Part shown: one piece after another, positions 39,101 through 52,700 of the stretch
Layout: each line of letters begins with the position of its first letter
Numbering within the stretch: position 1 is the stretch's first letter
Assembly: GCF_000143415.4 (NCBI RefSeq)
Contig: NW_003314262.1
Location: 5,096,397 to 5,160,396 of the forward strand
DNA: 64,000 nucleotides
Source of the DNA: Selaginella moellendorffii
Taxonomy: Eukaryota > Plantae > Lycopodiophyta
Direction: 5' to 3'
Position numbers and translations under genes: made by a program
The notes under the pieces: generated by a model
What the model saw: only the letters and a program-made list of their open reading frames with translations
Told to the model about the DNA's origin: nothing
Databases searched by the model: none

Positions 39101-39554
39101 AGGCGGGGAGAGTACCCAGGAGGCCCGCATAGGGCCGCAGTGTTTCAAAATGTTGTCCCAAAGTCTCAGACTATGGAAAGGAAGATGAGTAGCCCTCTAG
39201 TGCGGTGACCAAGGGCATAGTCACATGGTGAGGAAGTCCCAAAGGACCATGGGACTTAGTGGTCAAGCCTATGAGCCTTGATCCAATGGCAGTATTGGCG
39301 AGCATGGCCATGGACAGAAAGGGACTTGGTGAGGACCGGAAAGGGGATATTGGGGAAGGCTATTCCCCATGTTTGTAAGCATCTTAAAGATGCTAAGGAG
39401 TGGATCTGGGATGACCACTCATGGACAGAAGGCCTAGTCTTGGAGACACAGGGTTGCAATACAAGTGGTGTTGGACCACCAATGTGACCAAGGTGAATGG
39501 GCATGGCCTAGTGTAACGGACTGGTATATTGATGGTATCTTGGGTGTCGGTCAT

Positions 39555-42061
39555 TGTAGCGCATGTGGTTTTGACCCTTTATTCTATGGTGATTTACCAT
39601 AGGATAACACCACAAAGCAGAACCTAAACCCTCTTTATGCCACGTGTTATATGCCACGTGTCCAAAGGACAGTGGTGTGGAACCCGAGGTTCAGGGCCTT
39701 GGGCCATTGAGTGAAGGAACGGTGCCAAACTCCCAAGCTTGGAGCCAAGGAGTGATGGAACCGAACCACGGAGCAACTCCCGAGCATACAGCCCAAGGAG
39801 CCAAGGGACAGGAGCCTGGAGCGACTTGGAACAGTCCTGGAGCAACCAGCATCCTAATGCCAGGACTAGCACACAAAACGGAGCCAAACGGAGTCTGGCG
39901 CTATTTCGGCATACCGGTGGCCTAATGTGAGGATATGGGTACTCCACCAGCTAGCATGGAATGGAACTTGGGCTTAGACCCAAGCCGGACGCAGAACAAG
40001 GACAGGCACGCAAGCGGGAGCTAGACTATGCCTTAGGTTGGTCAGCCATGCCCCACCTACCTACTATCCCTACTATACATTTGGTCCTCCCCCCCCCCCC
40101 CCCCCCCTTGAGGAACACACGCTTTGGGCTTTCACCCGAAGCCTCCTTTAGTATCAGGAGTTAGTCTTTGGGACAAGCTCAAAACTTACTAAATATGGAA
40201 TGTCTCTAGATTGCGAATTTGGACACGGGATGAACACCATTGTGTTCAGAATGATCTCTACATTCCGTAGATATGCCAAATGAGCAAATCTGGACACTTT
40301 CCATAAATAGCATCTGGGACGAATTGAGACTAACACAAAGGGCATGATAGCGAGGGTGTTTGGCAGACACGGTAAGCTATCATCTAGCGATATTGAGGGA
40401 CCAATCTCAATATCGCGGGGGTTCTTGATACTAGCAAGTGCAAGCCAATAACAGGAGTTTCTCAAACCGGGCTGAGTATGCTCAGCAAGAAACACATAGG
40501 GTTCCTACCTTATGTTTATTCGATATAAGTACACGGTCATTGACCAGTTTTTTAACTAGCTCAAGTGGGAAACTGATAATGGGCCCAGCAATACCGACCT
40601 CCTGCCATCGTGGCAGTAAAGAAAGAATATCTAAAAGAACTAGCCGACAGGTAACTTTCGATACCCGAAGTCACATTTGCGACACTCTCCCCCCCTTGGG
40701 AAGATCGACATCCTCGTCGATACATACTCGAGTCTAGAATACCGCCAAGTAAACAACTCCAGAAAAAGTTCACGGTACTCACACTATGTGAGAAATGCAC
40801 CAACTTAAATGAGTTAGGGGGCAACCTCTTTGTCTAACGTGGATGCGCTACCAACTCAGACACCTTCCGGCCGTCGCCGACAAGGAAATGACCAACGGAG
40901 TCAACCACCCTTGTTGCTTTGGGTGTCACCCAGCTACAAAAGTGTGATACGCCCTTGCCTGCAGAGACATAGAGAGAGAAGCTAGAGGCCCTAACCCTCC
41001 TGAGCAAAGAAACCAAACCCGTCGGCAAGGTTTAGATAGACTACTGTAAACAGGCAGTTAGAGTTGTTTACACGGTCACGCCCTTTCAACGGAATAAGGA
41101 ACATTGACAGAGAGGCGGGTTATGTGACCAGTCAACAGTAGCTACCCCATGACTAGAGATTTCACCATGCACACGAAGTGCCGAAGCTAGTTTGCTTATA
41201 CTGGCCCAAACTCAAAGATCAATATATGGACTATATCAAAGTCATAGACAATGATATCATAGAGTCGTAATTATCAGTGAATAAAGCGTAAATTAGAACA
41301 CAAAAGTATTCCAAGTAAGTTATCATCCAATAAACCAATATTACAGTATAGGAACCACCAAGATCATTATAATTGGTAAACATAGGAATCACCATCCAAC
41401 AAAATTCAATAGCAAGTATATCATCAATGAAACTCAATGATGAAACTTAACTACCGAAGATGGCAGACAGCATGCCAAACAACTTACCAAAGATAACTCA
41501 AAGAACACAAAGTATCATCAACTGGCAAGCAAGATGCTCGCGAATGTATCACCCAAAGGAAATAACATCATAATCTATCAGAACTTAACCCGAGCAATAA
41601 TCAACTAAATAGAATGAATGTGGCAAGACTAACAAACACTTATTCATGCCAACTATCACACTAGCCAATCCGAATAGATCCCAGCCAACAACACCAAGGG
41701 ACTTAAAGTGCCTAAGCAAGTGTTAGCAACATCCTAGTGATGTCTCAACCCAAGAGACCAATCCAAAGCAAATCACAAAGAACATGTGAAATTGGGAAAA
41801 ACCGTAAGCCATCAAAGAGAATAATTAACCATCATGAAAGATCATTAATCATTCCATCAATAGAGAAAATGCATAATCGTCATCGAAGAAAGAATCCACC
41901 ATCCCGAAGAATGGCAAATCATTCTAGATCAACGATAATCAAGCAAAACCTTTGACAAGGATAATCAACTACCCTAGATGATAGTCAATCATCACTAATG
42001 ATTGTTAGATGCAACGACCAACTTCAATATCGAAGCTAATGAGCCAAAATGCCTTCCCCAA
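39555..42061 (-). mobile_element. Family A element, 3' part: 3' LTR 39555-40684, PPT about 40685-40696, non-coding internal remnant
   Basis: LTR colinear with 3169-4301, followed by ctctccccccct (reverse-complement PPT). Interrupts the outer B LTR after ...tgggtgtcggtcat. Confidence 0.85.
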
Positions 42062-42851
42062 TGTTGTGAATGTGACTTTGGGTATCGAAAGTTACCTGTC
42101 GACTAGTCCTTACGGACACTCTTACCTTACTGCCACGATGGCAGGAGGTCGGTATTGCTGGACCCGTTATCAGTCTCCGCCTAAGCTAGTTGAGAAACTA
42201 GTCCTCGCGTGTGCACTTGACCAGATGAGCATAAGGAAGGAATTCCTAAGTGTTTATTTAGTCAAGCATACTTGACCTGGTTAGAGAAACTCATTCGTTG
42301 ACTTGCACTTGCTAGTGTTGGGAACTCCCGCGATATTAAGCTTGGTCCCTCAATATTGCTAGATGATAGCTTACCGTGTCTGCCAAACACCCTCGCTATC
42401 ATGCCCTTTGTGTTAGTCTCATTTCGGTCCCAAATGCTATTTATGGAAAGTGTCCAAATTTTCTCATTTGGCATATCTATGGAATGTAGAGATTGGCCTG
42501 AACACAATGGTGTTCGTCCCGTATCCAAATTCGCAATTTAAGGACATTCCATATTTAGTAAGTTTCAAGCTTGTCCCAAAGACTAACTCCTGATACTAAG
42601 GGAGGCTTGGGGTGAAAGCCCAAAGCGTGTGTTCCTCAAGCACTGTGGGGGGTTCCAAATGTATAGTAGGGATAGTGGGTAGGTTGGGCATGGCCGACCA
42701 ACCTGAGGCATAGTCTAGCTCCCGCTTGCATGCTTGTCCTTGTTCTACGTTCGGCTTGGGTTTAAGCCCAAGTTCCATTCCATGCTAGCTGGTGGAGTAC
42801 CCATATCCTCATGTTAGGCCATCGGTATGCCGAAATAGCACTAGACTTTAT
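42062..42851 (+). mobile_element. Family A LTR in the opposite orientation, truncated by a family B insertion
   Basis: Reverse complement of about 3510-4301. Starts TGTTGTGAATGTGAC and stops at the TG of the next LTR. Confidence 0.85.
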
Positions 42852-43971
42852 TGTAAACGACTAATTTTTCCATTCTACTTTAGTCACTTAACCACACCTT
42901 CGACCACTTGGAGGGGTCTCACTCACCACCTCCTTAAGTCCAATTCAGGACTTGGGACTTGTTAGCCCCGAGAATGGCATCCATGCCACTCATCCCTTGC
43001 ACTTAGTCCAAGTGCTCTACGTGTCCGGTCCCAAGACCAACACCCCAAGGTACCACCAACATACTAGCCCGTTACGCTAAGGCCATGCCCCTTTACCTTG
43101 GTCATACCGGTAGTCTAACACCACCTGCATCACAATCCCGTCTCTCAAGGACTGGACCATCCGTCCATGAGTGATCATTCCAGATCCACTCCTTAGCATC
43201 CTTAGGATGCCCGCAGACGTGGGGAATAGCCTTCCCCAATATCCCTTTTCTGGTCCCCACCAAGTCCCTTTCTGCCTATGGCCGTGTTCACCAACACTAC
43301 CACTGGATCGAGGCCCACAGGCCCGACCACTAAGTCCCACGGTCCTCTGGGACTTCCTCACCACACGACTGTGTCCTTGGTCACTACCCCAGAGGACTAC
43401 TCTTCTTCCTTTCCACAGTCTGGGCCTTTGGGACAACATTTCGGAACACTGTGGCCTTGCGCGAGCCACTTGGGTACTCTCCCCACCTTTCGCCTTTAGG
43501 TGCTCTAGCCATGGGCTTAGAGCGAGGTTCCGTTGAGCCACACCTGGTATCCAAGTAGGTAGTGCCACCCACACTTGGACTGGGAGCATCGGCCAGTCGA
43601 TCTCCTAGGGGAACTAGAGCCGGCTCTTGAACACTTCACCAAGCTACCCCGCTTGTCGGTCCATATTCACTCTAGTCTTGGACTTCCCAGTGGTCAGTTC
43701 ATCACCCAACACTGGGTCTGGCCTTCCTGGGCCAAACTGGCTCCACTGCAGTCCTCCCCCTTACTATACTTTTGGAGCTCACCAAACCCCCCAGGGTCTG
43801 GGAGACAAACGCTTTGGGCTTTCACCCTCTCAGACTCGAACTCGGACTCGGACTCGGACTCAGACTCGGACTTGGACTCGAACTCGGACTCGAGCTCGGG
43901 CTCAGTCTCAGCCTCGGCCTCGGTCTCGGTCTCGGTCCCGGTCCCGGTCCCGGTCTCGGTCCCGGTCTCGA

Positions 43972-44005
<34 letters not shown>

Positions 44006-47000
44006 AGTCCCGGTCTCGGTCTCGACCTCAGACTCCATCTCGGGTCCTTCTCGGACTCCATCTCGGACTCCATCTCGGACTCCGTCTCGGTCCATCTCGG
44101 ACTCCATCTCGGACTTCGTCTCGGTCCATCTCGGACTCCATCTCGGGTCCATCTCGAACTCCATCTCAGACTCCATCTCGGGTCTATCTCGGACTCCATC
44201 TTGGACTCCATCTCGGACTCCATCTCGGGTCCATCTCGGACTCCATCTCGGGTCCATCTCGAACTCCATCTTGGTCCACCTCGGACTCCATCTCAGACTC
44301 CATCTCGGACTCCATCTCGGGTCCATCTCGGACTCCATCTCGGACACTTCCATGTGTCATGTGTTGATCCTTTTTGGGTCCCTTTTTGGAGCCTTGCTTA
44401 TTGCTTGCTTCGTGCTCGCTCCTTGAGCACTTTGTTGAGAGTTCCACTCCCACTCTCAACCTTCCAAGTTAAAGCTTTTAGTCCAAACGTGTTACACTCA
44501 TTTGGGCTTTCGTTTCGGCCACTACCATGTGGCACCCTTTCCGGCTCCACTTTGGGGCCTAGCGATTTTGTGTCTCACAACTCCACCACCCATAGACGAA
44601 GTTCAATGTCCTCATCGAACAGTAAACCATTTTATAAAGTAACACCCGCATGTGTTACCATTTCCATCCTTGGCACCTAGCCAATATTTGTCAATGGTTT
44701 GACATTGAAGGCTCACCATGCCTTTTCCATATTCGTCAATGGTTTGACACCAAAGGCTCACCATGCCTTGCCCATCCTCTAAGGAGGATAGTCTCTCCAA
44801 CTTAGAGACTCATTTGACCACCTAGGGTGGTTTGCTCCTTTTTATTGGTTCAGTTCTCGCTAAACCCGTTAGAGACACCCTCTCTAACTCAATTCCACTA
44901 CTCATTCTTGAGTAGTCACAGATTCCATTGATCTACCTTTGCACTTTGGAACGTTTACTTTTGACTTCTTGAAGTCAATTTCCTAGGTGTCTCCGACACC
45001 TTGCCTTGCACATTTTGTGCAACTCCACTTCCCCTCCTAGAAAGTTCTCTACTCGAGGGCACCCTCATCCTCTTTTCCATTTTTGTGCCACCATTGGCAT
45101 TATGTTCCATTTATCATTATTTGTGCTAGGGTTGTCCATAGCCCTATTTTTTGGCTACTTAGTTGCTCCCTCATTTGGAGCCTTTCCTTTGCCAAATTGG
45201 AGCACTTGGGAATCCATCCTTGGAAGTCCACTTCTTTTTCCGCAATCTGTTAGCATCAAACACATGAGTGTTCCTTGGCTAACTTTGCCACTTGGATTCT
45301 TTCCAATGGATTCCACGGCCCTATCATGGGCACTCGTCTTTTGCTCCTATCCTTGGATTGTTGCACTAAGCAACATAGGATCATTACCTCCCTCTTTGAG
45401 GTAATCTTTTGGTTCCATAGTAAAGGATCTGCTTTGCCCAGACTAGGGTGTTCACCCCTAGTAAGTCTCCCCAACTATTCTAGGCTCTCTTCCCAGCCCA
45501 ACCTTGTGACCCACCCATGGGCCTGTCTCTGGAGACTATTTTCTTGAACTCATAATACTATTGTATTGTAGTAGTTCATTTCCCTTAGATGTCTTTCCCA
45601 CTTAGTCACCTTGACTAAGCCACACCTTTATCAATAGTTCAAATCAACACTTTGAACTAGGAATCATATTCCTTAACCCAAACAAAGACCTTATCTTTGT
45701 TTAACTATAAGATCACCTAGTAATCTCATCTTGACCCCTTAATAGGTCTACCAATAGGAATTAGGTCTTCCAGACCTTACTAAGTTGTTGACTATGACCC
45801 CGGGGGCATCCCCCACACTTGGCGGTGCGCCCAAGCTAGCCCTTCCGGCCAAGGATCCATAGCAACTGAAACTAGGTGTCCCCATCTCATTCACCACGTC
45901 CTTGGTGCCCTTTGCACCAAAGTGTTCAAGTTATATATGCCGAGCTTTCACTCTAAGGAATCTAACCGTGCATCACGACTCCGGGGCATCCCCCGCTTGG
46001 CGGTGTGCCCAAGCCAATCTCCTCATTGAGAGTCTATGACCACCGAAATATGAGTGTCCTCATATTCCAAACCATCACCACGCCCTAGTGATTTGGGACT
46101 CGAACCCAAGCACTAGAGGGTCGGGACTCGAACCCAACCTCCAAATATGCATCTACGGACGGCATCCCCCAGGATGCCTGGCGTGACTCTCCACGCTGGT
46201 GCACCAACTTTTACTCAAAGCGCGCTATAAATCACAGCTTAGGAACCTAGTTCCTCCACACTGCCAAGTCCTCTCACTTGACAAGTCTGTGATCATGCAT
46301 GGACTCCTCCATGCTTGGCCCCATGGCCCACCCCTTTTGAAGTTATCACCTTCAACTAGGGTATTTGTTCCTCTGACTTGCCAATCTCACTTGGCAAGTC
46401 TTCCGACCACTGTAACATGGTTCCTGCACAAGCGTGAAAGCCCTTGATCATCAACTTTCGTTCAAAGCCCTCTCTTTGAACACTCGGGAACTATTTCCCT
46501 AACCTTAATAGCCTTGCCTCATGGCAAGCTTTAAGACCACGCTTCTGCTGCGCCACTCTAATTTCATGCTTTCCTTGAACCATTTACGCTTAGCCTTTCT
46601 AGGTACTAAGCTACCTAGAATCGTCTTTGGGAACCTTGAAGGAACTCTGTCCCTTAGCTTGCTAAGGCTTCCCTTTTCGCAAGCTTTCTAGTTATTATAT
46701 AGTCTAATATGGACTATTCCATATTTTAGACTCTCCATGGCATCACGGTTGCTAGCAACAACACCCTCGAGCCCCCATTTGATTCTCCATTCCCAACTGG
46801 CATAACTACTCTTGGTTATGCCCTTCGATTCCTATGGTTTGGTTCTATCCCCTTACTACTTGCTTTTGGCTTCACACCTTTCCTTCGGTCATTCTCCTCC
46901 CGACTAGAAGGATAGCTTTGCACTTCCTATCATGCCTTAGCAAGTATTTTTAGGGATGAACCTACCTGATAGCCTAGGGAGTGGTTCCTCAATCCAAGTA

Positions 47001-49756
47001 TGCTCACCCTATAATCCCACACACCGGGATTACATTGTTGCTTATGGGCCCTTACATGCCCATCACTAGCCTTGCCAAAATTCCATTTTTGGCTTTGTCC
47101 AATTCGAGTAGACAATCTTCTTTTGTCTCCGCCACCTTGGACATTTGGATAACACCTTCTATCCATCATTCGTTAGGGACTTAGTCCCTTGGGCCTTATC
47201 TATTGCCCTTGCCACATCAAACACCACCTCCTGGTGTTCTAGAGTGTTCGGGTGTCCTAATGATGGCTTCCTTGACAATGAGTATTTCCTTTTATGACAT
47301 TGACTTACTATATCGCAACATAAGCAACTTATCCCCCGTAAGGGTATATCCAACTTCCCTATGCCATTAAGAAGGCTTGGGTAGCTACCTTCTACCCATT
47401 TAACCAATTATTTTGCACCTCTCGCTTAGTTGCCTCATAGTTGTCAAGTCCTACAACTCATTGCTGGTGCTTCCACACCTCCATCATTATCTGTTGCACC
47501 ACACTCTAATTGCATGCTCTGCAGCTTAGGCTATGCCATTCCCATTTCCATTGGGATTCCTTTGGCAAGGGGTTCTCATGAACCCACCAACATAGCCTCA
47601 AGGTATCACACCTTGGCACATTTGGTGTCTCCACACCATCGGCTCCACGAGCCTACCTCTATAACACTTTTTTTTTGTGTCTAAGTCTTTGCCAAGACCA
47701 ATACCGCTCTTTCTCATGCCAACCATCTGTTAACACGGCACTATAGAGGTCATACACAACTTTGTGTCAAAGTTGTTTCCTTTGCCATCGATGAGATACC
47801 CTCTGTTCTCATCCTTGGATCCTATGATCCCCCCCCCCCCCCATCCTTCGTGGGGTACAACACACCTCAGTCCAAATGCTCCTATCAATCCTTTTAGGAC
47901 CATTCCTTGACTCTACTTGAGTCATCCAGCAGTTTTGGACTTGGTTAATCCACAGATCCGTAAGGTCCTACTTGTGAGGCACTAACTCACTGGAATGCAC
48001 TTTTTGCATTCCTGTCTTACTCAAAAGGACTATTTTCACAAGTGTTACTCTGACACTTGATTTTGTTCTCTGGGGGAAACCTTTGCCCCTTAGGACTACT
48101 TTGTCCATGTGATGAGAATACCAACTCATCTCTAAGTACACCCCCCAACTCCTTGGGTTGTTCCAACATTTATTAAAGGTAGCCCCGGCTACCATTTCAA
48201 GGACTTGCGTCCTCTTCCATATTTGACCTCCCACGATTATTACTTCTGGTCTCACATTCATGAGCACCAACCTCAATTATATGAGGATAATCTTGTGACT
48301 CCTTTATTGTTTTGGAGTCTACATCTTTCCCATGATCCCAGCTATAGTTGTTTACCACAACTACCTGAGCTAGTTTGCTGAGTCAAACGCTCATCCGGAT
48401 CACATCCTCAACTCTTTGAGGGAAACCTTATACCATTCCCAAGATCCTGAAGTCGTTCCCTTACTGGCCCTTTTCCATCCACCACATCGCGCACAAGTTC
48501 ACACATGAACTTGAGCGGAGAGTCATGTCCTCTCGACATGCTACTCGTCGAGGATAGGTCCACATTTAGGACCTTCCAATTCCAATACAAGTGGTGATAT
48601 ACTTGGCCACCAATAATAGTCGGACTAAGGAACAGCTCCGATACCAAGTTGTAAGAGACTAATTTTTCCATTCTACTTTAGTCACTTAACCACACCTTCG
48701 ACCACTTGGAGGGTCTCACTCACCACCTCCTTAAGTCCAATTCAGGACTTGGACTTGCTAGCCCCGAGAATGGCATCCATGCCACTCATCCCTTACACTT
48801 AATCCAAGTGCTCCACGTGTCCGGTCCCAAGATCGACACCCCAAGGTACCACCGACATATTAGCCCGTTACGCTAAGGCCATGCCCCTTTACCTTGGTCA
48901 TACCGGTGGTCTAACACCACCTGCATCACAATCCCGTCTCTCAAGGACTGGACCATCTGTCCATGAGTGATCATTCCAGATCCACTCCTTAGCATCCTTA
49001 GGATGCCCGCAGACGTGGGGAATAGCCTTCCCCAATATCCCTCTGTCAGTCCCCACTAAGTCCCTTTCTGCCCCTGGTCGTGTTTGCCAACACTACCACT
49101 GGATCGAGGCCCATAGGCCCGACCACTAAGTCCCACGGTCCTCTGGGACTTCCTCACCACACGACTGTGTCCTTGGTCACTACCCTAGAGGACTGCTCCT
49201 CTTCCTTTCCACAGTCTGGGCCTTTGGGACAACATTTCGGAACACTGTGGCCTTACGCGAGCCACCTGGGTACTCTCCTCGCCTTCTGCCCTTGGGTGCT
49301 CTAGCCATGGGCTTAGAGCGGGTTCCGTTGAGCCACACTAGGTATCCAAGTAGGTAGTGCCACCCACACTTGGACTGGGAGCATCGGCCAGTCGATCTCC
49401 CGGGGGAACTAGAGCCGGCTCTTGAACACTTCACCAAGCTACCCCGCTTGTCGGTCCGTGTTCACTCTAGTCTTGGACTTCCCAGTGGGCAGCTCATCAC
49501 CCAACACTGGGTCCGGCCTTCCTGGGCCAAACTGGCCTTTCCTGGCCAAACTGGCTCCACTGCAGTCCTCCCCCTTACTATACTTTTGGAGCTCACCAAA
49601 CCCCCCAGGGTCTGGGAGACGAACGCTTTGGGCTTTCACCCTCTCAGGCTCCGGACTCGGACTTGGACTCGGACTCGGACTCGGACTCGGACTCGGATTC
49701 GGACTCGGACTCGGGCTCGGGCTCGGTCTCGGCCTCGGCCTCGGTCTCGGTCCCGA

Positions 49757-49794
<38 letters not shown>

Positions 49795-52700
49795 CCGGTC
49801 TCGGTCTCGACTTCGGACTCCATCTCAGACTCCATCTCGGACTCCATCTCAGACTCCATCTTGGGTCCATCTCGGGTCCATCTCGGACTCCATCTCGGAC
49901 TCCATCTCGGGTCCATCTCGGACTCCAACTCGGGTCCATCTCGGGTCCACCTCGGACTCCATCTCGGACTCCACTTCGGACTCCAACTCGGGTCCATCTC
50001 GGGTCCACCTCGGACTCCACTTCGGACTCCATCTCGGACTCCATCTCGGGTCCATCTTGGACTCCACTTCGGACTCCAACTCGGGTCCATCTCGGACTCC
50101 AACTCGGGTCCATCTCGGACTCCAACTCGGGTCCATCTCGGACTCCAACTCGGGTCCATCTCGGACTCCACTTCGGGCTCCAACTCGGGTCCATCTCGGA
50201 CTCCACTTCGGACTCCAACTCGAGTCCATCTCGGGTCCACCTCGGACTCCACTTCGGACTCCATCTCGGACTCTCCCACGTGTCATGTGTTGGTCCTTTT
50301 GGGTCCCTTTTTGGAGCCTCGCCTTTTGCTCGCTTCGTGCTCGTTCCTCGAGCACTTCGTTGGGAGTTCCACTCCCGCTCTTGACTTTTCAAGTCGGAGC
50401 TTTTGGTCCAAACGTGTTACGCTCGTTTGGCTCTCGCTTCGGCCACTACCATGTGGCACCCTTCCGGCTCCACTTTGGGGCCTAGGGATTTTGTGTCTCA
50501 CAACTCCACCACCCATAGACAAAGTTCGATGTCCTCATCGAACGGTAAACCCTTTCATAAAGTAACACCTACACGTGTTACCATTTCCATCCTTGGCACC
50601 TAGCCAATCTTTGTCTATGGTTTGACACCAAAGGCTCACCATGCCTTGTCCATCCTTTAAGGAGCGTAGTCTCTCCAACTTAGAGACTGATTGGACCACA
50701 TGTAATGGTTCTCTCCTTTTATTGGTTTAGTCCTCGCTAAACCTCTTAGAGACCCTTCTCTAAGTCAATCCCACTACTCCTTCTCGAGTAATCTCAATTT
50801 CCATCGTTATAACCTTTGCACTTTGGAACTTTGAATTCTGACTTCTTGGAGTCAATTTCCTAGGTGTCTCCGACACCTTGCCTTGCACCTTTTGTGCAAC
50901 TCCACTTCCCATCCTAGGAAGTTCTCTACTCGAGGGCACCATCATCCTCTCTTCTATTTCGTGCCAAAGTTCCAGTTATCATACTTTGTGCTAGGGCTGT
51001 TCATGGCCCTATCATTTGGCTACCTTACCACTCCCTCCCTTTGGAGCTTCCACTTTCGCCAAATCGGAGCATTTCGGAATCCCTCCTTGGAAACACACTT
51101 CCTTTCCTGCAACTTGTTAGCGTCCAACACATTAGTGTTCCTCACCTAACTTTGTCACTTGGATTCCTCCCAAGGGATTCCACGGCCCTATCTTGGCCAC
51201 TCATCTTTTGCTCCTATCCGTTGATTGTTGCACCAAGCAACATCGAATCTCTACCTCCCTCCTTGAGGTATTGTTTCGGTTCCATAGCAAAGACTCTTCT
51301 TTGCCAAGTCCGGAGGATGTTCACCCCTAGTACGTCTCTTTAGCATCTTCTGCTATGGGCTCTATCCACGGCCCAACTTCGTGACCCTCCCATGGGTCTT
51401 TCATAGAGACTACTTTCCTCGGACTCACTATGCCATCTCACGGACATAGTTTATTTCCCTTAGGTGCTCTTCCCACTTGGTCATCACGACCAAGCCACAC
51501 CACCTTAAACAGTTTAATTTCAACATTTTGAACCAGGAACTTCATTCCTTAGCCAACCAAGGACCTTGTCCTTATCTGGCCATAAGATCACCTAGTGATC
51601 TCACCTTGGCACCTTAACAGAGTTGCCAAGAGGTACCTGGTCTTCTAGACCTCCAAGTTGTTGACTATAACCCCGGGGGCATCCCCCACACTTGGCGGTG
51701 CACCCAAGCCAGCCCTTACGGCCAAGGGTTCATAGCAACTGAGATTAGGTGTCCCCATCTCACTCACCACGACCTTGGTGCCACTTGCACCAAAGCGTTC
51801 AAGTTAGATATGCTGAGCTTTCACACTAAGCAATCTAACCGTGCATCACGACTCCGAGGCATCCCTCGCTTGGCGGTGTGCCCAAACTAGTCTCCCCACT
51901 GAGAGTCCATGACCACCGAAATATGAGTGTCCTCATATTCCAAACCATCACCACGCCCTAGTGATTTGGGACTCGAACCCAAGCACTAGAGGGTCGGGAC
52001 TCGAACCCAACCTCCGTATATGCATCTACGGATGGCATCACACAAGATGCCTGGCGTGACTCCCCACGCCGGTGCACCAACTTATTTTTAAAGCGCACTA
52101 CAAATCACAGCTTAGGAACTTAGTTCCTCCACACTGCCAAGTCCTCTCACTTGACATGTCTGTGATCATGCATGGACTCCTCCATGCTTGGCCCCATGGC
52201 CCACCCCTTTTGAAGTTATCACCTTCAACTAGGGTATTTGTTCCCCCGACGTGCCAATCTCGCTTGGCAAGTCCTCCGACCACTGTAACATGGTTCCTGC
52301 ATAAGCGTGAAAGTTCTTGACTATCGACTTTCGTTCAAAGCCCTCTCTTTGAACACTCGGGAACTACTTCCCTAACCTTGATAGCCTTGCCTCATGGCAA
52401 GCTTCAAGACCACGCTTCTGCTGCGCCACTCTGATTTCACGCGTTCCATGAACCATTTACACTTGGCCTTTCTAGGTACTAAGCTACCTAGAATCGTCTT
52501 TGGGAACCTTGAAGGAACTCTGTCCCTCAGCTTGCTAAGGCCTCCCTTTTTGCAAGCCTTCAAAATGCCACATAGTCTAATATGGACAATTCCATATTTT
52601 AGACTCTCCATGGCATCACGGTTGCTAGCGGCAACACCCTCGAGCCCCCACTTGATTCTCCACTCCCAGCTGGTATAACCAACTTTGGTTATGCCCTTTG

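Noticed and set aside
46081-46140. tRNA gene or SINE
   Set aside because: Only T-loop/B-box motifs are seen, with no cloverleaf, A box or tail that I can support.
49650-50270. CRISPR-like array
   Set aside because: Repeats are contiguous with no unique spacers, there are no cas genes, and the context is a eukaryotic LTR.
43575-50565. Long Ser/Arg/Gly-Leu repeat ORFs on both strands (also at 38.4, 55.3 and 61.4 kb)
   Set aside because: Products of stop-free hexamer and 12-mer arrays inside LTRs, open in several frames at once.
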